Shown: positions 18,668 through 27,281, counted from the first letter of the stretch. The stretch: DNA of 64,000 nucleotides from a virus (IMGVR_UViG_2932572697_000002:1-64000); one strand, 5' to 3'. Numbers and translations are program-made. Notes: generated from the sequence alone by a model not told the origin.

Positions 18668-18934
18668 ATGACCCAGCCCGCCCAGCCCCTGACCCCCGAG
18701 ATCGTCTCCGCGATCCTCCGCGACCCCGACAGCCCCCTCTACCCCGCCCAGATCACCGTCTTCTGCGACCACTGCGGGACCGAAGCGACCGCCGACTTCA
18801 TGGTCAGCGAGGACATGACCCGGGCCGAGCGCCTCGCCGTCGCCCGCAAGCACCTCGTCGACAACGAGGGCTGGCAGCACGACGAGGAGATCGGCGACGA
18901 CTTCTGCCCCGAGCACGCCGCTCCCGCCGCCTGA
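18668..18934 (+). CDS. Hypothetical zinc-binding protein
   Basis: CDHC..GW..DFCPEH. Confidence 0.75.
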   Translation: MTQPAQPLTPEIVSAILRDPDSPLYPAQITVFCDHCGTEATADFMVSEDMTRAERLAVARKHLVDNEGWQHDEEIGDDFCPEHAAPAA

Positions 18935-18998
18935 TCCCTGTCTGCTGTGTGGCCGCCCCATCACAGGCGGCCACACCAACCCCCGGAAGGACCACCCC

Positions 18999-19220
18999 AT
19001 GCCCACCTCCCAGCAGAACCCCGACGGCACCTGGACCACCGCCGTGCCGATCCCCGTCACCCCGACCCTCGACTTCGAGGTCACCGGCCACGGCCCCTAC
19101 CGCTGGGACGCCTTCCGTGGCACCCGGCGCCTCGCCTCCGGTGCCGCCCGCACCCGCCTCGGGCTGACCGTCGCCCTGCTCCGCGCCCGCCGGAAGTACG
19201 CCACCGAGGGGGCCCGGTGA
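18999..19220 (+). CDS. Hypothetical protein
   Basis: GGAAGGA RBS; high GC3. Confidence 0.65.
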   Translation: MPTSQQNPDGTWTTAVPIPVTPTLDFEVTGHGPYRWDAFRGTRRLASGAARTRLGLTVALLRARRKYATEGAR

Positions 19221-19438
19221 CCACCCAGCCCCAGCCCGCCGAGCACGACCCGGTCGAGCCCGACAACCCCACCGCCTACGCCCTCGCCACCCACATCGCC
19301 GACCACCCCATCAGCGACATCCAAGCCGCGTTCCGCTACCTCGGATGGGGCCTCACCATCACCGCCGTGCCGCAGGAGGAGACGACGACCACCCAGCCCA
19401 CCGAGCTCGACCACCTCCTCGACCGGGCCACCCTGTGA
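19217..19438 (+). CDS. Hypothetical protein
   Basis: GTGA overlaps at both ends. Confidence 0.6.
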   Translation: MTTQPQPAEHDPVEPDNPTAYALATHIADHPISDIQAAFRYLGWGLTITAVPQEETTTTQPTELDHLLDRATL

Positions 19439-19572
19439 CCGGCCCACCCCCCTGCCTGTGGTCCAGCGCCTGCGACTACGACGACGAGGCGGGGGCCTGC
19501 CCCTGCGACGACGAGCAGCCCGAGCCCGAGGGGCGGCCCGTCGTAGACGTCCCCGTCGGCCACTACCTCTGA
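19435..19572 (+). CDS. Small Cys-rich acidic protein
   Basis: GTGA overlap; CLWSSAC..CPC. Confidence 0.5.
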   Translation: MTGPPPCLWSSACDYDDEAGACPCDDEQPEPEGRPVVDVPVGHYL

Positions 19573-19611
19573 CCCACCGACCAGTCGATCCCACCACCCC
19601 CCTCGGAGGAG

Positions 19612-19848
19612 ACAGGCCGGAGCGGAGGAGGCGGTGGTGGGGCGGGCAGCCGGTCCGCCTGGGCCAGCATCGCCCGCCGCGAACCCACCATCCACCGCAA
19701 GGAATACGTCGTCGAATGCACCGGCTGCGGCAGCGTCATCGGCGCCGCCTGCTACGGCAAGGGCGGTCAGCGCATGAAGGGCGTCCACAAGGAGCGCGCC
19801 GAGCTCTACCAGGAGTGGAAGGCCGACACCGCGAAGGGCACCGCATGA
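19612..19848 (+). pseudogene. Zinc-finger ORF lacking a recognisable start codon
   Basis: Open frame encodes ECTGCGSVIGAACYG..GVHKER; a GGAGGAG RBS is followed by ACA GGC instead of ATG. Confidence 0.5.
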
Positions 19849-20009
19849 TCCGCCCGCTAACCGTCCGCCTCAACCCGGACACGTCCCGGCTGCTCCGCCT
19901 GTACCGCGGCCAAGCCCCGGCCACCGTCCTCGGGCGGGCCATGCGGCTCCTCGCCCAAGCCGACGGGCACCTCGACCCCGCGGGCAACGTCAAGCAGCAG
20001 CGGCCATGA
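19845..20009 (+). CDS. Small RHH-like hypothetical protein
   Basis: ATGA overlap; LTVRLNPDT..RAMRLL. Confidence 0.55.
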   Translation: MIRPLTVRLNPDTSRLLRLYRGQAPATVLGRAMRLLAQADGHLDPAGNVKQQRP

Positions 20010-20130
20010 GTCAGCCGTCCACCACACCCCGGACCGTCCTCCAGCCCGGCGGTGAACAGCACGTCCCCGACGAACAACCCCAACCGCGGGCCAACCGGGC
20101 CACGCGGCGAGCAGCACGGAAGAGGAACCG

Positions 20131-20841
20131 ATGAGCGAACCCAAGGCCGCGCAGTTCGTTTGCGAGCACGCGTATGGGACCCGAATCCTCGGCGGCCACC
20201 CCATCGCGGTACGAATCTGCGCACTGTGTCACCGTCCGGACTGGGATGACCTGTACCGGGAGGCCGAGGCCCTGTTCCGGTGGGGCTGGCAAGAAGCGGC
20301 GGCAGGTAAGCCGCCACGGGAAAAGCTCAGCTCATACGACCGGCCGAAGGAGGGGGGCCGCCAACTCCTTGCGTGCAGCCTGGCGCACTGCCGTCAGGCC
20401 CACCCGCCGCACTCCTGGGAGCCGCAGCCCGGCATGGACCCCGTCCACTGCGGGGGGTCCAGTGGCGACCCGGCCAGCATCTGGAGCCCCCAGCCGTGCG
20501 GCAGGACCGTCCCGCACCCGGGCCACAAGTTCATGCGCGGCCGGGCAGCCCACCAGTGCCCGGGAGTTGAACAGCAGACCGACCTCGCCGCGGACATCGA
20601 GTGCGCGATCGGCCTCAACACCGGTGGTGGCGGCGCCGACGGGGTCCACGCCGCCCGGGACGCTGTTCTCGCCGTCCGGGACCAGGAACTGGAGCAGCTC
20701 CGTGCACGCCTCAACCGGGTGCAGGCCATAGCCGATCGGCTCGCCGCGCAAGGCCGGCTCGGTGTCGACCTCGAAGCGGACAGCATCCGGCGAGGCATCG
20801 CCCAGCAGCTGCATCACGCGCTCGGTACGCACCACAAGTGA
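20131..20841 (+). CDS. Mosaic hypothetical protein with repeated C..H..H..C.G motifs
   Basis: GAGGA RBS; last gene of the rightward early operon. Confidence 0.65.
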   Translation: MSEPKAAQFVCEHAYGTRILGGHPIAVRICALCHRPDWDDLYREAEALFRWGWQEAAAGKPPREKLSSYDRPKEGGRQLLACSLAHCRQAHPPHSWEPQPGMDPVHCGGSSGDPASIWSPQPCGRTVPHPGHKFMRGRAAHQCPGVEQQTDLAADIECAIGLNTGGGGADGVHAARDAVLAVRDQELEQLRARLNRVQAIADRLAAQGRLGVDLEADSIRRGIAQQLHHALGTHHK

Positions 20842-20854
20842 CCCCAGACGTGCC

Positions 20855-20884
20855 GCGGCCCCCACCCAGACGGGTAGGGGCCGC
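20855..20884 (+). terminator. Hairpin terminator between convergent genes
   Basis: GCGGCCCC.ACCC-loop-GGGT.GGGGCCGC. Confidence 0.6.
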
Positions 20885-20903
20885 TTCGCTGCGTAAGGAC
20901 GGG

Positions 20904-21818
20904 TCAGCGTCGGAGGACGTTGACGCGGTCGCCTCCCAGGATCGGCGCATCCTCGCAGCCAGCCGGGACGACCAGGTACGGGCCGCGCCAAATTTTCCGG
21001 TGCTCCCCGGCCGAGGGGTAGTACTGGTTGGCCCGGTGCGGGCGCACGAACCACCGGTGCTTGTAGATCTTCCCCGCGTGCCCAGAGCCCGCGTTGCTGT
21101 CGTTGGTGGGCCGTAGGCTCTGCCGCAGCGTCACGTACCGCACCGTGCGCGTCGGATCCCCACCACCGCGGGCAATGTGCTTTTGCGCGGACCTGGGGGC
21201 CGGAACCTCCTCGATGTCATGCAGCGCCTTCCGCGCGTCGGCCGGCTGCCGGATCAGCAACCAGGTCGCGAGGAGTGTCCGGGCCACCTGGTGAGAGTCC
21301 TCCGCATCCTCCAGCACCACCCAGGGCCGTTCCCGGCCGTCAGCGCGCAGCGTCGTCTCCCACAGCTGCGACAGGTCCGGGGCGGTCCGCCCCCACACCG
21401 CCGCGTGCGCCGCCCTACCTCCGGGTGTTGTGGTCGGGACGTGGTCGTACAGGGTGACCTCAATACGGTCCGCGACCGCCGTCCACGTCACCGCACAAGG
21501 CTGCCCCGTCACCCCGACCACCCGGAACGACTCCGGGCGCTTCCCCCACACCAGCAGCCCCTGATCGGACGGCAGATCCTCGCTCGTCACCGCGTAGGTG
21601 TCCAGACCCCGCCCGATGGTGACGGCCAGGTCAGTCATGTCGTCGTTCACGAAGTACAGCTCGGCGGCAGCGACGGTCGCCCGGTGCCGGCGCGCCACCG
21701 CGGCGGCTTCCGCGGCGCTGGTCGGGATGTGTGCGGCGAACCGGGCGACGGACTCCCCACCCTCGTACCAGGACACCAAGTCCTGGCGGAGACCGGGGAG
21801 CATCCGGGGAGTGATCAC
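20904..21818 (-). CDS. Hypothetical protein with C-terminal HRWFVRPH..Q..KIW motif
   Basis: 303 aa ORF coupled (GTGA) to the upstream gene; high GC3 on the minus strand. Confidence 0.8.
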   Translation of the reverse strand: MITPRMLPGLRQDLVSWYEGGESVARFAAHIPTSAAEAAAVARRHRATVAAAELYFVNDDMTDLAVTIGRGLDTYAVTSEDLPSDQGLLVWGKRPESFRVVGVTGQPCAVTWTAVADRIEVTLYDHVPTTTPGGRAAHAAVWGRTAPDLSQLWETTLRADGRERPWVVLEDAEDSHQVARTLLATWLLIRQPADARKALHDIEEVPAPRSAQKHIARGGGDPTRTVRYVTLRQSLRPTNDSNAGSGHAGKIYKHRWFVRPHRANQYYPSAGEHRKIWRGPYLVVPAGCEDAPILGGDRVNVLRR

Positions 21819-22390
21819 AGGGCGTTTCCGGCGGTGACGTCGCTCCGAGTGCCCTGCCCGGGACGGGAGGCCAGGGCGGCCCGCACCTCACCGGCCCGGA
21901 AGTACGAGCGGGTGCGCCCCGATTCCGGGTCCGGCCCGTGGTAGAACGCCTTCACTCCCAGGCGGGACATGGCCATGGACGCCGCCTTCGCCGGCTCCTT
22001 CGCCGTGGACTTCAGCTCGTCACGGGCAATGTCCTCCAGCGTCAGCGGGTCGTGCGCCTGGATGATGGGCTCCAGGTCGATGCCCTCCAGGCAGGCGGCG
22101 ATGTCCAGGGCCCCGTCCTCGTCGACCGGGTACCCGTCGAAGTCGCCGGGCTCGGGCTGCCACGGGCCGATGAACTCGGTCCCGCACAGCGACACATCCG
22201 GCGGCAGCGCCTTCTCGATCTCCGCCCGGTAGGCGGCGACCATCTCCGCGAACGCCCCGGACTTCTCCAGCAGCTCCCGCCAGTCGGCGTCTCCGCCGTT
22301 GATGTAGTCCAGGACGTCGGCGTCGGGGCCGGTGGAGTAGGTGCTGATCTGGTTGGTCCAGGTGCCGTAGCTGGTCGTGGTGGTCGTCAT
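21815..22390 (-). CDS. Hypothetical protein, C-terminal HTH-like region with RPGQGTRSD
   Basis: GAAGGAG RBS; 191 aa. Confidence 0.8.
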   Translation of the reverse strand: MTTTTTSYGTWTNQISTYSTGPDADVLDYINGGDADWRELLEKSGAFAEMVAAYRAEIEKALPPDVSLCGTEFIGPWQPEPGDFDGYPVDEDGALDIAACLEGIDLEPIIQAHDPLTLEDIARDELKSTAKEPAKAASMAMSRLGVKAFYHGPDPESGRTRSYFRAGEVRAALASRPGQGTRSDVTAGNAL

Positions 22391-22431
22391 GGCAGGCTCC
22401 TTCAGGCTGGCGGGACGGCTGGTGGGGTGGT

Positions 22432-22965
22432 TCAGAGGGCGGCGATGGCGGTGCGGACGCCGGAGAAGATGCGGGCGACGAGGTTCACGTGGTCGCGCTC
22501 ACCGTTGAGGTAGCGGATCTCGTAGGAGTCCGCACCGTGGTGCTGTACGTGGAGGAGACCGTCGGCGACGTCGAAGTACACCTTGCTGACAGCTCCGAGG
22601 AGGCCGCCGACCCGGCCGTTCGCGATGCCCCGGCCGCCGAGGGTGGCCCCGCACACGTTGCCGCTGCGGTAGTAGTCGACGTCGATGCCCGCATACTGCG
22701 CCCAGTCGTTGATGTAGAAGCGGTGGTGGTTGCCGCGGATCCACTCGTTGCCGCCGATGGCCTTGATGTTGTCGGCGGTGAGGACGATCCTCTGGGCCTT
22801 GCGGGCGAGGCGGCGGGCGCCGATCTCGATGCGGCGGGCGAGGGAGGCGGTGTCGATGATCCAGCGGCCGGCGGTCTTGGTGGCGGCGATGACACCGCGG
22901 CGTGCCCAGCCGCGGATGGTGCCGCGGGTGACCTTCGCGGTCTGGGCTGCTTCGGTGGTGTTCAT
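22432..22965 (-). CDS. HTH_17/MerR-like domain protein
   Basis: MNTTEAAQTAKVTRGTIRGWARRGVIAATKTAGRWII; GAAGGAG RBS. Confidence 0.8.
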   Translation of the reverse strand: MNTTEAAQTAKVTRGTIRGWARRGVIAATKTAGRWIIDTASLARRIEIGARRLARKAQRIVLTADNIKAIGGNEWIRGNHHRFYINDWAQYAGIDVDYYRSGNVCGATLGGRGIANGRVGGLLGAVSKVYFDVADGLLHVQHHGADSYEIRYLNGERDHVNLVARIFSGVRTAIAAL

Positions 22966-23126
22966 CGTGGGCTCCTTCGTCCTCTTCGGTAAACACCACT
23001 TTGCTGTACGTACAACAAGGTTGTCAAGGGGTGTCACCCAGAAGAGTGAGAACCCATCAAAAACCCCAGCTCACAACCGCCACCCTGCCAAGCTCGCCCC
23101 GCCCACACCCCGATCAGGAGGACCTT

Positions 23127-23375
23127 GTGACCCCCTACGCCGAACTCGCTCAACACCTCGACACCCTCCTCGCCAACGACCCCACCCCACAAGCCGCCGC
23201 CCACCGCACCACCATCACCACCTGCACCCAACTCCTCGACATGGGCCACCCCGAAGACGACCCCACCATCGCGAAGTACCGGGAAGGGATCCTCGGCGGC
23301 ATCCTCACACCCATCGCCACCCTCTACGCCCACACACCCGGATTCCCCACCGCATGGCGTGACGGGGAGCTGTGA
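23127..23375 (+). CDS. Hypothetical protein (DUF6221-like C-terminus)
   Basis: AGGAGG RBS; LATLYA..PGF..AW ending. Confidence 0.6.
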   Translation: MTPYAELAQHLDTLLANDPTPQAAAHRTTITTCTQLLDMGHPEDDPTIAKYREGILGGILTPIATLYAHTPGFPTAWRDGEL

Positions 23376-23382
23376 GGCGTCC

Positions 23383-24450
23383 TCAGAACTGCATCACCGG
23401 GTGACACGCCGCGCAGGGACTCGGTCTGAGCTCCCCAGCGTTGTCCGGCTTCGGCCGGCACCGGGTCACCTCGTCGCACACCCCGCAGTGCTTCCACTTC
23501 TCCCAGCCCTCCGGCCGCACCCCAGCCGCAGCCTCCGCCTCAATGCGCCCCCACGGGTCCTGGTACGGCCTGTGCGAGGCTCCGGGGCGGGCAAGGTCCA
23601 TCCACCCGCTCACGATGGCGTCCGTGCCCTCCAGGGGGCGGCGAGCAGCCTTGCGGAACGCCTGGAGGTCCGGCAGCTCCTCCGGCTTCAACCGGTGCCC
23701 GTACAAGGCCGCGGCGTTCCGGGCGTTCGGGTCCCCCTTCAAGTCCAGGTACTCCTTCAGCTCCTGCTCCGTCCAGCCGGCCCGCAAAGCCGCAGCAGCG
23801 AGACGGCGGATCGTTGCAGCCTGGCTGGGCTTCGGCGCCTTGCCGCGGTAGTCCAGCGACGCGGCCAGCGCTTCGGCTGCCTGATCTTCGAAGGGAGAAT
23901 CACCTCCCCCTCCTCCCTGCCCAGCCGGCTCATCACCCGCAGACGGCAACGGACCGGAGGAGGAGGGAGAGCTTGTAAGAGAACCAAGAGAACTAGGAGA
24001 TGGGGGAGTAGCCACCGCTACCCCTATGGGTAGCCCCTGCTCTCCATAAGGGGAGCCCTGGCTCTCCCTAGGGGTAGCCCCTGCTCCCCCTTCGGGCATA
24101 GGGGTAGCCCTGGCTACCCCTTCGAAGTCGGGCACCCGGAACGTCATCGCCTTACCCGGCACCGCGTACATCGGCTTGCCGTGCTTGTCCTGGCCGATCG
24201 GGATACGGAACTCCCAGCCGGCCGCCGACAACCGCTTGATCGCATTCCGGACCACGTTCGCGTCCTTCGCCCCGGTCCACTCGACCAGCTCCGCCAACCG
24301 CACCTTGCTGCGACGCCCCTTGTCCGGGTCATACCGCCAGTTGTCGTCGTACCTGGCGTCATCCGCGATCTCCAGGGCGACCGCCCGCTGCAAGCCGGTG
24401 ATGTCCGGCCCCAGTGCGACACGCAACTGGCGGCGCAACTCGCTACTCAT
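23383..24450 (-). CDS. Second replication initiator-like protein (Rep2) with internal iterons
   Basis: N-terminal wHTH (RAVALEIADDA..LAELVEWTG..VRNAIKRL); palindromic iterons in the linker; C-terminal GTDAIVSGW motif shared with Rep1; GGAGG RBS. Confidence 0.7.
   Translation of the reverse strand: MSSELRRQLRVALGPDITGLQRAVALEIADDARYDDNWRYDPDKGRRSKVRLAELVEWTGAKDANVVRNAIKRLSAAGWEFRIPIGQDKHGKPMYAVPGKAMTFRVPDFEGVARATPMPEGGAGATPRESQGSPYGEQGLPIGVAVATPPSPSSLGSLTSSPSSSGPLPSAGDEPAGQGGGGGDSPFEDQAAEALAASLDYRGKAPKPSQAATIRRLAAAALRAGWTEQELKEYLDLKGDPNARNAAALYGHRLKPEELPDLQAFRKAARRPLEGTDAIVSGWMDLARPGASHRPYQDPWGRIEAEAAAGVRPEGWEKWKHCGVCDEVTRCRPKPDNAGELRPSPCAACHPVMQF
24005..24120. repeat. Five 20-bp palindromic iterons (GGGGTAGCC-NN-GGCTACCCC consensus)
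   Basis: Copies at 24005, 24027, 24049, 24071 (22-bp period) and 24101; adjacent AG-rich stretch 23950-24000. Confidence 0.8.
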
Positions 24451-24575
24451 CCACAACCTCCACCGCACCGGCCAACGCCGAACAGCACAAAACTCCTGAG
24501 GGAACGCGGGACCCGCCCGCCGATCTGGAAACGGCCGGGCAGCAGACGCCGCCCGGCCGTGAAAGAACCGCTACG

Positions 24576-25088
24576 TCAGCGGGAGGCCCGCCACTCCGCC
24601 CGCGCAACCTCCAGGCGACCCTGCATCGCCACCAGGTGCTCCAGCCGCTCCCGCAGAGTGCCGATCACCGTCGCCAGGCCGTCGGGGTCCAGGCCCTCGA
24701 TCCACTCGTCCTGCACCACCTCGACCGACACGTGCGGGGCCCGCAACGCGATCGACTCGGCGAACGGCAGCATGTTCAGCGTCGCCGACAGGACACGCAT
24801 GTTCTCCGGGGTGCCGTTCGAATTGATCGGCAAGCACACGTCGTCGGCGTCGATCTGGCACCAGATGTCATCCGGATCCGACGGGGTCGACGCGTCCAAG
24901 CTGTGGTCGACGTCGCAGCCGCGCATGCAGGTCACGTCCAGGCGGCGGCCCGTGTGACGGTCCACGAACGACCAACGGCGCGGATCCGAGACCGGGGCGG
25001 GAGCGGTGGTCGGGGCCGGCGGCTGCGGCGGAACCGGGGCCGACAGCACCGGGGAGACGAGGGCAGGGGAAGGCGCTACGATGTCCAT
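24576..25088 (-). CDS. Hypothetical protein (DUF6907-like)
   Basis: TCMRGCDVDH..DDIWC..LDPDGLATVI..L pattern; AAGGAG RBS. Confidence 0.7.
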   Translation of the reverse strand: MDIVAPSPALVSPVLSAPVPPQPPAPTTAPAPVSDPRRWSFVDRHTGRRLDVTCMRGCDVDHSLDASTPSDPDDIWCQIDADDVCLPINSNGTPENMRVLSATLNMLPFAESIALRAPHVSVEVVQDEWIEGLDPDGLATVIGTLRERLEHLVAMQGRLEVARAEWRASR

Positions 25089-25121
25089 CGAGGACTCCTT
25101 TGAAGACGGTGGGACTCGTGG

Positions 25122-25179
25122 CCAGCGGCTCCAACCGCTGGTGAAAACAGGCCGGGCGCTCCAACGCCCGGCTTTTTCA
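25122..25179. terminator. Twin hairpins with identical CTCCAA loops; second is terminator-like
   Basis: CCAGCGG-CTCCAA-CCGCTGG and GCCGGGCG-CTCCAA-CGCCCGGC flanked by AAAA/TTTTT. Confidence 0.65.
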
Positions 25180-25202
25180 TGCCCAGATGCGCGCTCAGAG
25201 AG

Positions 25203-25820
25203 CTATTCGGTCTGCTTCGCCAGCTCGCCGACGAGGGCCTGCGTCAGGGACGTCAGATGGGCCAGGGAGAGACGGGAGGCGATGATCTTTGCCGCCTGCA
25301 CCGGTGAGCCGGCGGGGATCTGGATTGTGGCGGTCGCTTCCGGAGGCAGGACGAATACCCCCGATCCGGGTCGAGCCTCGGTCAGCCCCTCCTTGGCCAG
25401 CGCTGCCAGAGCCAGGCGGGCCGTTCCGCGCGCAACGCCGTAGTGGGTCATCAGCGCAACCTCAGTGGGAAGCCGACTGCCGGGCTTGAAACGGCCGCTG
25501 CTGATTGAGGTCCGCAGGTCGGCAGCAATCTGACCGTTGCGCACTGGCCCCCGCTGGGCTGGCAGTGGCGGAAGTTCGGCGACGGTGTCGCTCACGTTAT
25601 GGGCGGGCTTCTCGATTCCGATGGCTTCGACTTCGGCTGCTCGCGCCTCCTGGTAGCTGTCGAACCAGACAACCTCCTTGTCCGTTACTTCAGACCACCA
25701 GGGCTTAGAGCCGTGGGTCTTGAACCGGCGCGCGGGATTCTCGGAGATGCCGACGTAGAGCAGCAGCCGGTTGTTATCGAAGAGACGGTAGAGCGCTGTG
25801 CGCTTGGGTGATGCGGGCAT
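25203..25820 (-). CDS. GIY-YIG nuclease-like domain fused to GntR wHTH
   Basis: ALYRLFD..LLYVGIS..RRFKTH..E..AI..EKP.HN (GIY-YIG), then IAADLR..I..G..PGSRLPTE..L..YGVARGTAR.AL (GntR). Confidence 0.85.
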   Translation of the reverse strand: MPASPKRTALYRLFDNNRLLLYVGISENPARRFKTHGSKPWWSEVTDKEVVWFDSYQEARAAEVEAIGIEKPAHNVSDTVAELPPLPAQRGPVRNGQIAADLRTSISSGRFKPGSRLPTEVALMTHYGVARGTARLALAALAKEGLTEARPGSGVFVLPPEATATIQIPAGSPVQAAKIIASRLSLAHLTSLTQALVGELAKQTE

Positions 25821-25915
25821 AGAGGTTCCCTCCGTTGCCGTGGAGTGCGGCTACCAGAAGAACCGTATCGGTATTTGTGAATGGTTGCTAGTGGATCTAA
25901 TGAGAAGAACGAGAA

Positions 25916-25946
25916 GGCGCCCCAGCTCGCGAGGAGTTGGGGCGCC
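25916..25946 (-). terminator. Intrinsic terminator after the GntR gene
   Basis: GGCGCCCCAGCTC / GAGTTGGGGCGCC stem, followed on the minus strand by TTCTCGTTCTT. Confidence 0.7.
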
Positions 25947-25957
25947 ATGCATGCAGG

Positions 25958-26734
25958 TCAGAAGTCGTATCGCAGCGAGTAGAGGTGGCCCGCTTTCGCC
26001 ATGATCGTCACCTCGATCACCCGGTCGTCAGTACTGTGAACCACCCGGAACGTCCGGAGGATCGCCACCTGGCGAGGCAGCCGCAGCGCCTCGTACTCCT
26101 CGTTCGTGGCCTCCTCGGCTGTCACATGGTCCACGGTGCGCAGCGGTGGATACCCGAGGCCGGCGAGGAGGGTCGGGCTTCCGCCTTTGATCTTCGTCTT
26201 CTCCGTCAGCGCGGTACCCGACGCCAACTCCAGCGGGTAGTACGAGTGCACGAGCTCGCAGGGCTCACCCTGGAGCGACAGGAGCTGCTTACGCAGGACC
26301 GCTCTCCCTTGTGGCTCCAGGTCCATGGCTGCCGTGACGTCGGCCGGAGGCGTCGTCTCGGCCACGTCTAGGAGGCGGATGCTGGGGCGTCGGCCGTTCC
26401 TCTCGGCCTCGCTCAGCCACCGGTACGGCTGCCCATCCTCGGCAGGCTTCGAGTAGGCCGCCGGTGTCATCGTCTGGCGGCGCGCCTCCAAGGCCATAAC
26501 CGAGGAGCCAGCGCGACCTTCCAGCAGCCCCTCGCCCTTGAGCATCGTGATGGCCTTCTGGATGCTGGCGCTGGACGCGCCGAATCGCTCCTTCAGCTGC
26601 TCAGTGCTGGGGATCGCCTTGCCTGCCGGTAGGTCGCCAACGAGAATCGCTCGCCGAAGGTCGGTCGCGATTCGCTCGTGAAGGGGCCTGGGGTCTGCCG
26701 CGTCGCTCGGGGTGCGGTTCTTGGCTGCTGGCAT
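25958..26734 (-). CDS. GntR/HutC-family repressor with UTRA domain (KorA/TraR/KorSA-like transfer regulator)
   Basis: GntR wHTH plus UTRA; divergent from the operon leading to traB. Confidence 0.9.
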   Translation of the reverse strand: MPAAKNRTPSDAADPRPLHERIATDLRRAILVGDLPAGKAIPSTEQLKERFGASSASIQKAITMLKGEGLLEGRAGSSVMALEARRQTMTPAAYSKPAEDGQPYRWLSEAERNGRRPSIRLLDVAETTPPADVTAAMDLEPQGRAVLRKQLLSLQGEPCELVHSYYPLELASGTALTEKTKIKGGSPTLLAGLGYPPLRTVDHVTAEEATNEEYEALRLPRQVAILRTFRVVHSTDDRVIEVTIMAKAGHLYSLRYDF

Positions 26735-26735
26735 C

Positions 26736-27281
26736 TCAGTGCACCTTCATTTCGTATCGGAGTCTCCGGAGCTTGGCGGGGGCCACCATCACGTCGGCCT
26801 GGACCGGCCGACCTGCCTCGTCCAGCGAGAGTCGCTCAACGACCACGACAGGCTCGTGGTCGGTGAGCTGGAGCTGCTGCTGCTCGATCTGTGAGGCGGG
26901 GCGCGCTGTGACGTCTTCGATGACGCGGGCGGCGATGTGGCCCAGCTCGGCAAGCAACGTGACGGCGCCCCCCTTGATCTTTCTTGGCTCGGCGAGCGGG
27001 GTGCCCTCTGCGATGTCGCGCGGGTAGTACGTGTCGGCGAGCTCAACCGGCGCGTCGTCGGCGTAGATAGTGCGCCCGCGAACGACCGCCGTCTCGCCGG
27101 CCGCCAGTCCCAAAGCGTTCGCCACGGCCGGGGGCGGAACCGTCTCGCCGGTGCGGGTGAGCGCCTGGCTGCCCCTCGCGGACCGACGGTTGGCCTCTTC
27201 CGTCCAGGCGTCTGCTGCTCCTGGGGGGCGGGGCTTGGTGTAGTCCGCCGATGTGCTGACCCACTCGTTTTCGCTGGCCAC
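26736..27281 (-). CDS. UTRA-only protein (paralogue of the adjacent GntR, lacking the HTH)
   Basis: VELADTYYPRDIAEGTPLAEPRKIKGG matches CELVHSYYPLELASGTALTEKTKIKGG of the neighbour; no DNA-binding domain. Confidence 0.85.
   Translation of the reverse strand: MASENEWVSTSADYTKPRPPGAADAWTEEANRRSARGSQALTRTGETVPPPAVANALGLAAGETAVVRGRTIYADDAPVELADTYYPRDIAEGTPLAEPRKIKGGAVTLLAELGHIAARVIEDVTARPASQIEQQQLQLTDHEPVVVVERLSLDEAGRPVQADVMVAPAKLRRLRYEMKVH

Noticed and set aside
24005-24120. Palindromic repeats as a mini-CRISPR array
   Set aside because: Spacers are only 2-10 bp, the repeats lie inside an ORF and there are no cas genes; iterons fit better.
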